Shown here: positions 11,387 to 25,100 of the stretch, piece after piece | How the letters are laid out: each line of letters begins with the position of its first letter | Numbering within the stretch: position 1 is the stretch's first letter | Assembly (NCBI GenBank): GCA_002269645.1 | Contig: NIVC01001895.1 | Location: forward strand, 60,772-124,771 | Source: Macrostomum lignano | Lineage: Eukaryota | Reading direction: 5' to 3' | DNA length: 64,000 bases | Translations under genes and position numbers: made by a program | Notes under the pieces: model-generated | Told to the model about the DNA's origin: nothing | The model's database searches: none | Seen by the model: only the letters and a program-made list of their open reading frames with translations

Positions 11387-14300
11387 CTAGCAGTAGGTAG
11401 GGCCTAGCCCAGTATAAAAGTGGCAAAGGCTACAAATTTTATCAGTGATACTAGGCCTACCTAGTTTTGATCAAAATTATAATTTATAAATGCAAACAAA
11501 TTAGGCCTACTTCAGTATTTATTTTCCATTGGCCTACTATGGCATAAATTAGGATTGATAAAATTGCTTTGTATTTTTATAGCCCAAGTATATGAATTAT
11601 GATTTATGAACCATTAGGCTAAGTCCAAGTGTTAATGACAATGAAAATGCAATGACGATGTACAGTTAAACTAAAGCTGTTTAATTTTAAGCAAGTGAAA
11701 AACTTTAAATAAACTATGGCTATGCCTAGATGAAACAGTCCAACAAATTTATTTAGAAATACGTAGGTCAGGTGTATAAGTACAATAGACAATTGTTGGA
11801 TATTTAGAATAGGTTAGCAGATAATCTACATAACAGTAATATATAGTGGGTGGGGGTTCTTGGAACTGTTGCTTTTGAAAATTTGCAGACACCAGTTGAG
11901 GTGGGGCGGGTTCCTCGTTTGAATAGCAGCTGGCGTTGAGTTCGCACGAATAAAGCCGGAAAAATCGCGCAGGTGAATCTCAACGAATTTCTTCTCCTTT
12001 TACTCCGACAGCCGGGGTCCTCAAATTCCGGGGGGAGGGTAGTTGCAATCGTAGCGGAGCGGTCGTAAGCGGCGCGGTCGTTCAAATGGTAGACGTCGAA
12101 GATTTCGTCACGTAGGCTGGTTGGTCGATTTGTTGCACAGATTACTTTTAGTAGGGTAGAGCTGCCACCACCGTAATTCTCGTATTACGGAACGATTATG
12201 TCTCAGAGCTTTCTTCGAGTTGAGACCTTTGGTAATTTTACGCCCCACGGGCAAATAACTCAAGATGGGCTATGGGCTTAACGAAGTAGTTACGAAACAG
12301 TGTTATCGATTATTATTATTATTTATTATTTATTAACTGAATGATTATAGTTTAGCAGGCAGGTAAAAGTTATTTAGGTACGACGGAAATAATTTCTCGA
12401 GCAGAGCCGCGGTGCACTAAGAGATTAAAATGCGGCTTGTACGCCTTATAAGGTTACTTACTTGAGACTTAATATACTAAGGGGTAGGAGAGGGGAGGTC
12501 TAGAGAGGAAAAAGGAGGGGGGGTGGTTAACAGCAGCGCTTGAAATTACAGGCAAATAAATAGATAGCAAAAAGAATCAACAACAGGGGCGAAACTTGGA
12601 CGGACAGCTGGGCAGCAGGTTGGGCAAAGGAGTGCATGGGCACAAGGTTGGGCAGAGGCGGACAACGCAGAAATAAACCAGAAAAATAACAAGACAAGAG
12701 TGGGGAAACATCGCTTCAAAGGTGGGACAAATGGGAGGAACAAAAATTGGAACGAGAGGACAACCTATGAACAAAATGACGAAATAACAACCATTGACAA
12801 AATTACGCAAAAAATTCCGGGAGTTGGGGCACATAATTAATTTTCAAAACTTAGTAAATTAAAAAAAGAATATTGAACGAACTCATATACTAAAGTGGCA
12901 ACCCGACTGCCACAATAGTTACACAGATACATAATACCCAGACCCGCGACGACGCGCGCGCCGCGCGCGCCGCGCGGCCCGAGTATACATCGGGATCAGT
13001 ATTGCGTTGTAACTTAGTGTATTTAAAGAAAACAGTAAGTACTGCAGCAAAAAATAATGTTACATTGCACTTTTTTTACTTTAGAAGGGGCTAGTATCTT
13101 CGCTGGGTTAGAGCTAGGGTTTGTTATATTCAAGTAACTTTAATTCTAAACATTTTGAATTAAATTACACTGCATAATCTGATCTCGATTGGCGACGATT
13201 AGTTAAAATATATGGTTTGTTTAACGCTGAGTTGCAAGTAGCCTTGGATGAGGTACGTTTATAAGAGTTAGAAATCTGAAGTTAATTTACCCTAAGTTAG
13301 AAGATAGGTAGAAACGTATTTAAGAAGATAGGCGCAGTGAAGGGCGAATAGAAGAGCAAAGGAACCCCTAGATAGCTACGCCTACATGTATTAGAAGGGC
13401 AAACAAAAGCAGCAACAAAAGTCAATTCGATATGAATGACCGAATCTAATAAAGCCTCTTTTCATTCCAGTGAGTAGCAACACCAACCCAACACCCCGCC
13501 GCAGGCACAATGGCGCCGGCTGGAGAAGCAAACCGAGGATCGAGAGGTCCGATCTCAGGCAGCAATGACGTCAAAAAGAGCAATCGGTCCGTGGGCACGC
13601 GTCAGAACCTGGCGAACTTTGGGGGAGAATCGCACGGCCGGCCCGCCCACGGACTTCTATCCAACCCGAAGCTACCCAAGAAGGCGAGATCAACCCCAAG
13701 TTTGACAACCGAGAGAGAGAGAGGACTGTGTAATCATCTATGGCAGAGTTAAGAGAAGGAAAACTATAAGCTCTTTTTCTGTAATCTTTCTATCCCAAAA
13801 TTTCCAACTCAACGCATAGATTTGCAAAACCCCGAATAAACTCTAACCCACACACTTAGCAACAAGGGGACTGAGTCCCAGATTTTTATTGCTTAAGCCC
13901 CCCGCCGTTGCTAACCACGCGAAGACACCCCACCGGCGGCGGGGGAGGTCAAAAATGCAGGCCCAATCTGTATAAAATGGACGCCCATCTCAAACTGGTT
14001 TTTCTGCTTTTTCCGCTTTGCGCAATCTCAGATCCTAACCGCTCTATTTGTATTGGTCTCTGGACTATCCAGTTGGCTCAAATCTAAGTCTTAAAATCAA
14101 TTATTTGTCTTAAAAGTTACGCAGAGCGAAATATTCGGGTAATTCAAATTCAGCCTAGATACCATTCCTCTGTTGTAATGTGTAATGTAAAATTGTAATT
14201 CATACATACGTCATAATATAATATGTACACGTACTATGTACATGTGCAAATATAAATGGGTCGACGTGTAATGTAAATATATTATGTACAGTTGTCCTCA

Positions 14301-14975
14301 TTATAGATTCTAATAGATTCTTGTCTAATTCACTAATTCTACACTGCTAGAGTATAATTGCACTTTATTCCACGTGGTCCGATTCAGGCCATTAAATTCC
14401 TATTCCGAATACTGAATACTGACATCCGCAAAGTATTTATTCATCTTGCAGATCATTTAATTATCTTAAACTTTACCATGAGCATCGCTTCTATAGAGAG
14501 ACAACCAGTTAGCAAGCGAGTCTGGGTTTGCATTGAGAATTTGTATCTGCACCGATCGCTTTTTAAAGCCTCTATTCCTCTTTTTGTCCTCCTTTTTTCA
14601 GCTGCCGATTGCATGCGAATGCTTTGAAAAAAACCACACGTTTAGAAATTGCAACAATTGAAACAGTTTTTGTCTCTGCATTTGTTGATTTGCTAATAGG
14701 ATGAAAAGCTTTTTGTGTGCATGGTCTTCTAGCGGAGGTTTAAAGCTATGGATGCAGTTAAAAGTACATAGCTACAGCTTTATGTCAGCGTATGGCAGGC
14801 CAGTCCAAACCAGATCGCGTCAGTAAAGTAGCCATCACAAAAATCCTTATTTACTTCTCCTTGTACTTCTGAATCAGCCGTACGTGTAATTAGATAGATT
14901 GCAAAACAGTGCGTAAATAGCCGTAAAAGAGTCCTATACGAATTTCTGTAGTAATTAAATTAATTAAATTAATGC

Positions 14976-17900
14976 TTAGACAGCCACACGAGCATGAGTA
15001 GACTCATTCAGATGCTCATCAACCGCATTAATCTCGTCCAGATAGACCTGCGGATTCTGCCCGCCGTCATTGCCAGACTGCTCAGCAATCTCCTTTATCA
15101 TGGCTTGCATTGACCGCTGACGGTGCTGCTGGCTTCTCTGACGTCGGTCTCGAGTTCGCTTGAGTCTGCGCACGTTGCCAGCCGCCAGGCTGTAGCCCTT
15201 GTGCAGGGTGAGCAGCACGCCGCACAGAGAGGCGCCGACGCTCCAAACGGATTGAGTTCGAACGACATGCGACTCAGCCAGAATGCCGCTCTTCCATTCG
15301 AAGAAGAGAAAGAACTGCTTCTTCAGTCTTGTGTCCGCAGTTGGTCGCATCGGCCCTGCCTGAGTTCGCTTCATGCGCCGCCGTCTCCGCCGCCTCCGGC
15401 CGTCTGTTGCGTTGTCCGACTTGATCGGCGCTTCTGGCGCGTTTTCTATGAAATACGAAGCCGCCAGGCTGCTCTGCGCGTTGTTGAAGGATGATTTGAA
15501 CAAACTTTTATTATGAAAATTCAAGCAATATGCTGAAGAAGAAGAAATTGTAGAAGAAATATTGTATCGCCATATAGTGTCTTTAGGCGTTGTGAAATTT
15601 AGGTCTTGTGAAATTTAGGGCTTGTGAAATTTAAGGCTTGTGAAATTTAGGTCTTGTGAAATTTAGGTCTTGTGAAATTTAGGTCTTGTGAAATTTAGGG
15701 CTTGTGAAATTTAGGTATTGTGAAATTTAGGTCTTGTGAAATTTAGGTATTGTGAAATTTAGGGCTTGTGAAATTTAGGTATTGTGAAATTTAGGGCTTG
15801 TGAAATTTAGGTCTTGTGAAATTTAGGTCTTGTGAAATTTAGGTCTTGTGAAATTTAGGTCTTGTGAAATTTAGGGCATGTTAAATTTAGGTCTTGTGAA
15901 ATTTAGGTCTTGTGAAATTTAGGGCATGTTAAATTTAGGTCTTGTGAAATTTTAGGTCTTGTGAAAATTAGGTCTTGTGAAATTTAGGTCTTGTGAAATT
16001 TAGGTATTGTGAAATTTAGGTCTTGTGAAATTTAGGGCTTGTTAAATTTAGGTCTTGTGAAATTTAGGTCTTGTGAAATTTAGGGCTTGTTAAATTTATA
16101 GTTTATGCAGTCTGATGCAAGTTTTGTTTCCGACGTTGTGAAATTTAGGGTTTGGGAAAGCTCTGCCCCCTGACACTCTGAAAATATATTAGGCAACCAA
16201 TATTTGGATCCGAGAAAGCCCCGCTGACCTCCATATCTAGAATGGTCCTAGCTGGTCCTTCTCCATCTTCCAGGTGCAGCTGGGTCATGCTGATCTTGCC
16301 CCACAGGCGCAGGCCTGCCGACGCAGCGTGCAAGGACTCCTGGGCGTGAGCTCGGGCTATGCGGTCTAGTCTGAGTTGGTCCGGTCTGAAAACATGATCA
16401 GTACGCTTTTTGGAGTGCTTTTTGGTTGAATTATTTATTAAAACATAATGATCATATTACAGAAATGAGCACATCAATAGCTCACTCAGGTGACAATCAT
16501 ATTACAGAAATGAGCACATCAATAGCTCACTCAGGTGACAATCATATTACAGAAATGAGCACATCAATAGCTCACTCAGGTGACAATCATATTACAGAAA
16601 TGAGCACATCAATAGCTCACTCAGGTGACAATCATATTACAGAAATGAGCACATCAATAGCTTACTCAGGTGACAATCATATTACAGAAATGAGCACATC
16701 AATAGCTCACTCAGGTGACAATCATATTACAGAAATGAGCACATCAATAGCCCACTCAGGTGACAATCATATTACAGATATCAGCACATCAATAGCTCAC
16801 TCAGGTGACAATCATATTACAGAAATGAGCACATCAATAGCTCACTCAGGTGACAATCATATTACAGAAACCAGCACATCAATAGCTCACTCAGGTGACA
16901 ATCATATTACAGAAATGAGCACATCAATAGCTCACTCAGGTGACAATCATATTACAGAAATGAGCACATCAATAGCTCACTCAGGTGACAATCATATTAC
17001 AGAAATGAGCACATCAATAGCTCACTCAGGTGACAATCATATTACAGAAATGAGCACATCAATAGCTCACTCAGGTGACAATCATATTACAGAAATGAGC
17101 ACATCAATAGCTCACTCAGGTGACAATCATATTACAGAAATGAGCACATCAATAGCTCACTCAGGTGACAATCATATTACAGAAATGAGCACATCAATAG
17201 CTCACTCAGGTGACAATCATATTACAGAAATGAGCACATCAATAGCTCACTCAGGTGACAATCATATTACAGAAATGAGCACATCAATAGCTCACTCAGG
17301 TGACAATCATATTACAGAAATGAGCACATCAATAGCTCACTCAGGTGACAATCATATTACAGAAATGAGCACATCAATAGCCCACTCAGGTGACAATCAT
17401 ATTACAGATATCAGCACATCAATAGCTCACTCAGGTGACAATCATATTACAGAAATGAGCACATCAATAGCTCACTCAGGTGACAATCATATTACAGAAA
17501 CCAGTACATCAATAGCTCACTCAGGTGACAATCATATTACAGAAATGAGCACATCAATAGCCCACTCAGGTGACAATCATATTACAGAAATGAGCACATC
17601 AATAGCTCACTCAGGTGACAATCATATTACAGAAATGAGCACATCAATAGCTCACTCAGGTGACAATCATATTACAGAAACCAGTACATCAATAGCTCAC
17701 TCAGGTGACAATCATATTACAGAAATGAGCACATCAATAGCCCACTCAGGTGACAATCATATTACAGATATCAGCACATCAATAGCTCACTCAGGTGACA
17801 ATCATATTACAGAAATGAGCACATCAATAGCTCACTCAGGTGACAATCATATTACAGAAACCAGTACATCAATAGCTCACTCAGGTGACAATCATATTAC

Positions 17901-19110
17901 AGAAACCAGTACATCAATAGCTCACTCAGGTGACAATCATATTACAGAAATGAGCACATCAATAGCTCACTCAGGTGACAATCATATTACAGAAACCAGC
18001 ACATCAATAGCTCACTCAGGTGACAATCATATTACAGAAATGAGCACATCAATAGCTCACTCAGGTGACAATCATATTACAGAAATGAGCACATCAATAG
18101 CTCACTCAGGTGACAAATCAGCATCGAATTCCAAACTCACAGCGCACTGAACTCGGAGAAGTTGTGCATCAGCAGAAACGACATGGTGTAAAAGTCCTGA
18201 CTGTGACTGTGGGTGACAAAGTGCAGAGACACGGTCTCCTTCTCCTTGACCCTTCTCGGTCCCCGAAAAACTATTACGAAATGGGAGTCGTTCAACCGGA
18301 GTGAGTAAGGGTCATTGTACTCCACTGAGATGAAGGTGCAGTTTATTGTTTGCAGATTCCAGTCCGTGGCATTGTCTGCAATGAAGACGGTCAATCATGA
18401 ATTACTTTAATAGGTAAATATCTATTTAATCCCAGCACACAAGACAGAAGTATCAAAGGTGTTGATTTCTTCAAAGGATAAAAATATTGAAACTTGCAGA
18501 ATCTTTCATATAGGAGCATACAAGCTGGAGTCGTTTTGCGATCCTGATTTCGGTGAATCCTAAAGGAAAAGAGGATTACGATACTAGGATTGCAACAATG
18601 ACGACAGCAGCAACAACAAAATCAACAAAAAATGTTGTAATATCAACAACAACGGAGGAACAACAAAAACATCATCATCAACAACAACAACAACAACAAC
18701 AACAACAAAAACAACAACAACATAGAAACAACAGCAACAACAATAGAAACAATAACAATAACAGTAGAAACAACAACAATATAAACAATAACAATAACAG
18801 TAGAAACAACAACAATATAAACAACAACAATAACAGTAGAAACAACAACAACAAAAACAACAAAAACAGCAACAACAATAACCAGTAGCAACAGCAATAA
18901 CAACAACAATAACAACAACAACAACATCAACAAAAAAACAACAATAAAAATAACAGCAACAATAAAAATATATCAACAACAACAACAACAACATGAACAA
19001 TAAAAATTTATCAACAACAACAACAACAACAACAACAACATGAACAATAAAAATTTATCAACAACAACAACAACAACAACAACAACAGCAGCAACAATAA
19101 CAACAACAAT

Positions 19111-19156
<46 letters not shown>

Positions 19157-22100
19157 TCAACAATAACAGCAACAATAAAAATAATATCAACAACAACAAC
19201 CGAACAGCAAGATCAAATAAACAAATCACAAACATGGATTTCACTAGCAAACATGTGCAAATCTAAATCAGCATCGTTGAATCAGTCGCTATTTCGGTTA
19301 GAAACCCACTGTACGAGCGTACAGTAAAAAAATACAACTTTAGATCATGAAAAAATGATAAAAGTAAAACTCACTCCAGAATTCCATCTGCAGCTCATTG
19401 AAATGATTGCAGGACTCGAGGTGCGCCTTCTCCGGGAAAATCACGATGGCTGATTGGAAACATATTCAAGTGCGAAAAAATATTGATTAAGTTTTCTTGC
19501 TTCATAAACCTTAGCCTATCTGGTAATTAGATTAAGCTGTCAGTTGATTAATTGAACAGAAATCAGTCTTTTCGAGTCAACCAACAACAATATACGAGCC
19601 ATTGTCTGGGGTTGTCAAACAATGGAGCTTAGATCGCATGGGATATCAGTTCCAGGCAATTGTTTTTCCCATAGATCTACTCCATTCTCCCAGTTTTTCT
19701 CTGTATGATAAAAATGGGTGCATGGGCGATCAGAGATTTTGTCTGCTTACATCATGACACGGAGTATTTTATATCAGATGTTTGGTTTGATTGATGTGTG
19801 CCTCTGATATTTTGCTTTTTTGACAGGCTGACAACACAGTTGACAATCAAGGGCGCCGCTAACTACTGAAGGATCTGAGAGAGACAGCGGCGCCACTACT
19901 GAAGGATCTGAGAGAGACAGCGGCGCCAGTACTGAAGGATCTGAGGGAGATAGTGGTGCCACTACTGAAGGATCTGAGGGAGACAGTAGCGCCACTACTG
20001 AAGGATCTGAGGGAGACAGTAGCGCCACTACTGAAGGATCTGAGGGAGACAGCGGCGCCACTACTGAAGGATCTGAGGGAGACAGCGGCGCCACTACTGA
20101 AGGATCTGAGGAGACGGTGGCGCCACTACTGAAGGATCTGAGGGAGACAGTAGCGCCACTACTGAAGGATCTGAGGGAGACAGTAGCGCCACTACTGAAG
20201 GATCTGAGGGAGACAGTAGCGCCACTACTGAAGGACCTGAAGGGTCTGAGAAAAATAGTGGCGCCACTCCTGAAGGGTCTGAGAGAAATACTACTGAAGA
20301 ATCTGAAAGAGATAGTGGCGCCACTCTGAAGAATCTGAAAGAGATAGTGGCGCCACTCCTGAAGGGTCTGAGAGAAATACTACTGAAGAATCTGAAAGAG
20401 ATAGTGGCGCCACTCTGAAGAATCTGAGGGAGACGGTAGCGCCACTACTGAAGGATCTGAGGAGACGGTGGCGCCACTACTGAAGGATCTGAGGAGACGG
20501 TGGCGCCACTACTGAAGGATCTGAGAAAGACAGCGGCGCCACTCCTGAAGGATCTGAGGGAGACAGTGGCGCCACTACTGAAGGACCTGAAGTGACAATC
20601 AGCTGAGTAAGCATCTGGTGGACAGTTTTTGAGGCAGAAAAAATTGAATTGACAACATGACTGACAGGCTGTTAGATAGGCTTCGAAGCAATCTTTTTCA
20701 AAGCCTGCCTTTCATCCAACCCACTAGAGTGCACCAGTGCATCCCTAAGCCTGAAATCCCGGAAGCGCAGTCAGTGTGCCGCGCTGTCTGTTATTAATTA
20801 TAAACTGCAGTAGCAACGGAGGCCCTGATGGGACGGGAGGGCTCAGACAGACTCCCTGTGTATCAATATTTATATAGAATTCATTTATGACGAGGCCACA
20901 TCAGCAATAAAGGATGTCTGTGAGATCTCAGCCTCTAGGAAAGATATTGTTGTCATGCTCATTGAGAAGGGATAGGTGGGGATGGGATAGATTGGGATGG
21001 GATAGATTGGGATGGGAGAGATAGGGATGGGATGAATATAAAGCAAAAAGCATCGGTCAGAAGCTGCTCATAAAGCATCAGTCAGAAGCTGCTCATAAAA
21101 CATCAGTCAGAAGCTGCTCATAAAGCATCAGTCAGAAGCTGCTCATAAAACATCAGTCAGAAGCTGCTCATAAAGCATCGGTCAGAAGCTGCTCATAAAG
21201 CATCGGTCAGAAGCTGCTCATGAAGCATCAGTCAGAAGCTGCTCATAAAGCATCAGTCAGAAGCTGTGCATAAAGCATCGGTCAGAAGCTGCTCATAAAG
21301 CAGTCAGAAGCTGCTCATAAAGCATCGGTCAGAAGCTGCTCATAAAGCATCAGTCAGAAGCTGTGCATAAAGCATCGGTCAGAAGCTGCTCATAAAGCAG
21401 TCAGAAGCTGCTCATAAAGCATCGGTCAGAAGCTGCTCATAAAGCATCGGTTAGAAGCTGCTCATAAAGCATCAGTCAGAAGCTGCTCATAAAGCATCAG
21501 TCAGAAGCTGCTCATAAAGCATCGGTCAGAAGCTGCTCATAAAGCATCAGTCAGAAGCTGCTCATAAAGCATCGGTCAGAAGCTGCTCATAAAGCAGTCA
21601 GAAGCTGCTCATAAAGCAGTCAGAAGCTGCTCATAAAGCATCGGTTAGAAGCTGCTCATAAAGCATCGGTCAGAAGCTGCTCATAAAGCATCGGTCAGAA
21701 GCTGCTCATAAAGCATCAGTCAGAAGCTGCTCATAAAGCAGTCAGAAGCTGCTCATAAAGCAGTCAGAAGCTGCTCATAAAGCATCGGTTAGAAGCTGCT
21801 CATAAAGCATCAGTCAGAAGCTGTTCATGAAGCATCGGTCAGAAGCTGCTCATAAAGCAGTCAGAAGCTGCTCATAAAGCATCGGTCAGAAGCTGCTCAT
21901 AAAGCATCGGTCAGAAGCTGCTCATAAAGCATCGGTCAGAAGCTGCTCATAAAGCATCGGTCAGAAGCTGCTCATAAAGCATCGGTCAGAAGCTGCTCAT
22001 AAAGCATCGGTCAGAAGCTGCTCATAAAGCATCGGTCAGAAGCTGCTCATAAAGCATCGGTCAGAAGCTGCTCATAAAGCATCGGTCAGAAGCTGCTCAT

Positions 22101-25100
22101 AAAGCATCGGTCAGAAGCTGTTCATGAAGCATCGGTCAGAAGCTGCTCATAAAGCATCGGTCAGAAGCTGCTCATAAAGCATCGGTCAGAAGCTGCTCAT
22201 AAAGCATCGGTCAGAAGCTGCTCATAAAGCATCGGTCAGAAGCTGCTCATAAAGCATCAGTCAGAAGCTGCTCATAAAGCATCAGTCAGAAGCTGCTCAT
22301 AAAGCATCGGTCAGAAGCTGCTCATAAAGCATCGGTCAGAAGCTGCTCATAAAGCATCAGTCAGAAGCTGCTCATAAAGCATCGGTCAGAAGCTGCTCAT
22401 AAAGCATCAGTCAGAAGCTGCTCATAAAGCATCGGTCAGAAGCTGCTCATAAAGCATCGGTCAGAAGCTGTTCATGAAGCATCAGTCAGAAGCTGCTCAT
22501 AAAGCATCAGTCAGAAGCTGCTCATAAAGCATCGGTCAGAAGCTGCTCATAAAGCATCAGTCAGAAGCTGTTCATGAAGCATCAGTCAGAAGCTGCTCAT
22601 AAAGCATCAGTCAGAAGCTGCTCATAAAGCATCAGTCAGAAGCTGCTCATAAAGCATCAGTCAGAAGCTGCTCATGAAGCATCAGTCAGAAGCTGCTCAT
22701 AAAGCATCGGTCAGAAGCTGCTCATAAAGCATCGGTCAGAAGCTGCTCATAAAGCATCGGTCAGAAGCTGCTCATAAAGCATCGGTCAGAAGCTGCTCAT
22801 AAAGCATCGGTCAGAAGCTGCTCATAAAGCATCGGTCAGAAGCTGTTCATACAGCATCGGTCAGAAGCTGCTCATAAAGCATCGGTCAGAAGCTGCTCAT
22901 AAAGCATCGGTCAGAAGCTGCTCATAAAGCATCGGTCAGAAGCTGCTCATGAAGCATCAGTCAGAAGCTGCTCATAAAGCATCGGTCAGAAGCTGCTCAT
23001 AAAGCATCGGTCAGAAGCTGCTCATAAAGCATCGGTCAGAAGCTGTTCATGAAGCATCAGTCAGAAGCTGCTCATAAAGCATCAGTCAGAAGCTGCTCAT
23101 AAAGCATCAGTCAGAAGCTGCTCATAAAGCATCAGTCAGAAGCTGCTCATGAAGCATCAGTCAGAAGCTGCTCATAAAGCATCGGTCAGAAGCTGCTCAT
23201 AAAGCATCGGTCAGAAGCTGCTCATAAAGCATCGGTCAGAAGCTGCTCATAAAGCATCGGTCAGAAGCTGCTCATACGCACCAGGGGCCTCAAATTCTTC
23301 CACCGGTCGGTGCTTGAGCGACCGAACCGGGAACCGCAGCGCCAGCAGCAGCTCCTCGAGCAGCTGCACGGCGAACAGACAGGCAGCCAAGCCGAAGGCG
23401 GTGAGCACTGCGGTGCAGACCAGTCTGCACACGTACTCGCTGCGGGTCATGTGCCGCTCCGCAGTCGGCGCTGCTGTCACCGAAGCCGCATCCGACGACG
23501 TTGATCGACGCTTTTTTCTTTGTCTTGTCCGGCCGTTTATCGGCGCGAATTGGATCAGTGCGCGACGCTTTTGTAGCCAAGTTCGCTGGCGGAGTGACGG
23601 CTGGGCGGCTGGGCTGCAATGCGATGGCGTGGGAGCGTAGATATCTAATCTAATCTAATCTAATCTAATCTAATCTAATCTAATCTAATCTAATCTAATC
23701 TAGTCTAATCTAATCTAGTCTAATCTAGTCTAATCTAGTCTAATCTAATCTAATCTAGTCTAGTCTAGTCTAGTCTAATCTAATCTAGTCTAGTCTAGTC
23801 TAGTCTAATCTAGTCTAATCTAATCTAATCTAATCTAGTCTAGTCTAGTCTAGTCTAATCTAATCTAGTCTAGTCTAGTCTAGTCTAATCTAATCTAGTC
23901 TAATCTAATTTAATCCAGTCTAATCTAGTCTAATCTAATCTAGTTTAATATAATCTAGTCTAGTTTTATCTAATCTAATATCCGTCTTTTTCACACTAGT
24001 TTTTCATAATAAATTTCCTCCCAAGTTTCTGCATTAACAATGTATCTCGATAGATTTTGCATACTTCGCTGGAACAACCGAAATCCGAGCCTGCTGCTGC
24101 TGCTGTTGCTCCAGCCTAGGGGTGTTCGGGGTTCGGGGTCGGGTCGGGTTTCGGGTCGGGTTTTGGTACCGGGTTCGGGGTTCGGGGTAGGTGTTCCGGG
24201 TCGGGTTCGGGGTTCGGGGTAGGGGTACCGGGTTCGGGGTTCGGGTCGGGTTTGGCCACCGGGTTTTCGGGGTTTTGAACAATTATCATTCTCAATAGTA
24301 TTTTCAAGCACTTTTTACTCCTTATGCAAAATCCACAATGCGAAAGATATGCATTGAGTTTCAGGTACAACTTAAGTTATATTTTACATACAATTTGAAA
24401 CGGAAATAGCAGATAGAACCATGGATTCATTTACACTTTCTGGTAAATAACGATTGTCGTTTTTCGACCCATTCAGTCTTGCAGTTGATGATTTAAAAAA
24501 TTACGTTCAGTAATAATTTTACATGTGCTACGTGTAACATGGTCTGAACTTCTGGATTGGATGAGGAAGCTTAAAATTTATAAATACACTATTATTCTCC
24601 ACGCATCAGTCGCCAATAATCAATTATCACAATGATTACCTACTCATATCAGCATACAATTTTATGTAAAGACGTCACTTTAGTTTTTACATAGCAATTC
24701 TGTTATACCACTACTGACTTACTGTTAACTGTAGTCAAAAGTAAAAATAAATATATATTTGTGATTAACTCTCCTGTTTCATTGTATCATTGTTTTATCT
24801 GTGCTATCTCTTTATCGCTCTAGTTCTATCTCTACTGATATCTACACTACAGGGTATAATCTAATTTTATTGTACTCTATTTTTGCAGCTTAAATAAACT
24901 CATAGATGTAATATACCTTTTAACAGTGTTGTTGGGCATAAGTGAAATTTATTTAGTCCAAGTGTTCCTACCACTGAGTGAAGTGAGTTTGATTTAGTCT
25001 AGCTGTTGATTTTGGCCATAGACGATTGATGAAAAGTGAAATATATTTGGTCGCTCTTGCTTAGCGCTGAGCTTACCGTGACTTAAAGTTAGTCGTAGTG

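Noticed and set aside
13008-13864. Candidate solo LTR (TGT...AATAAA...ACA)
   Set aside because: No target-site duplication and no second copy; 11.8-14.2 kb remains unexplained, probably TE-derived.
16426-18150. 574-aa ORF of HITEMSTSIAHSGDN repeats
   Set aside because: It is the translation of a 45-bp satellite with a TTG start, lying antisense within a PACC1 intron.
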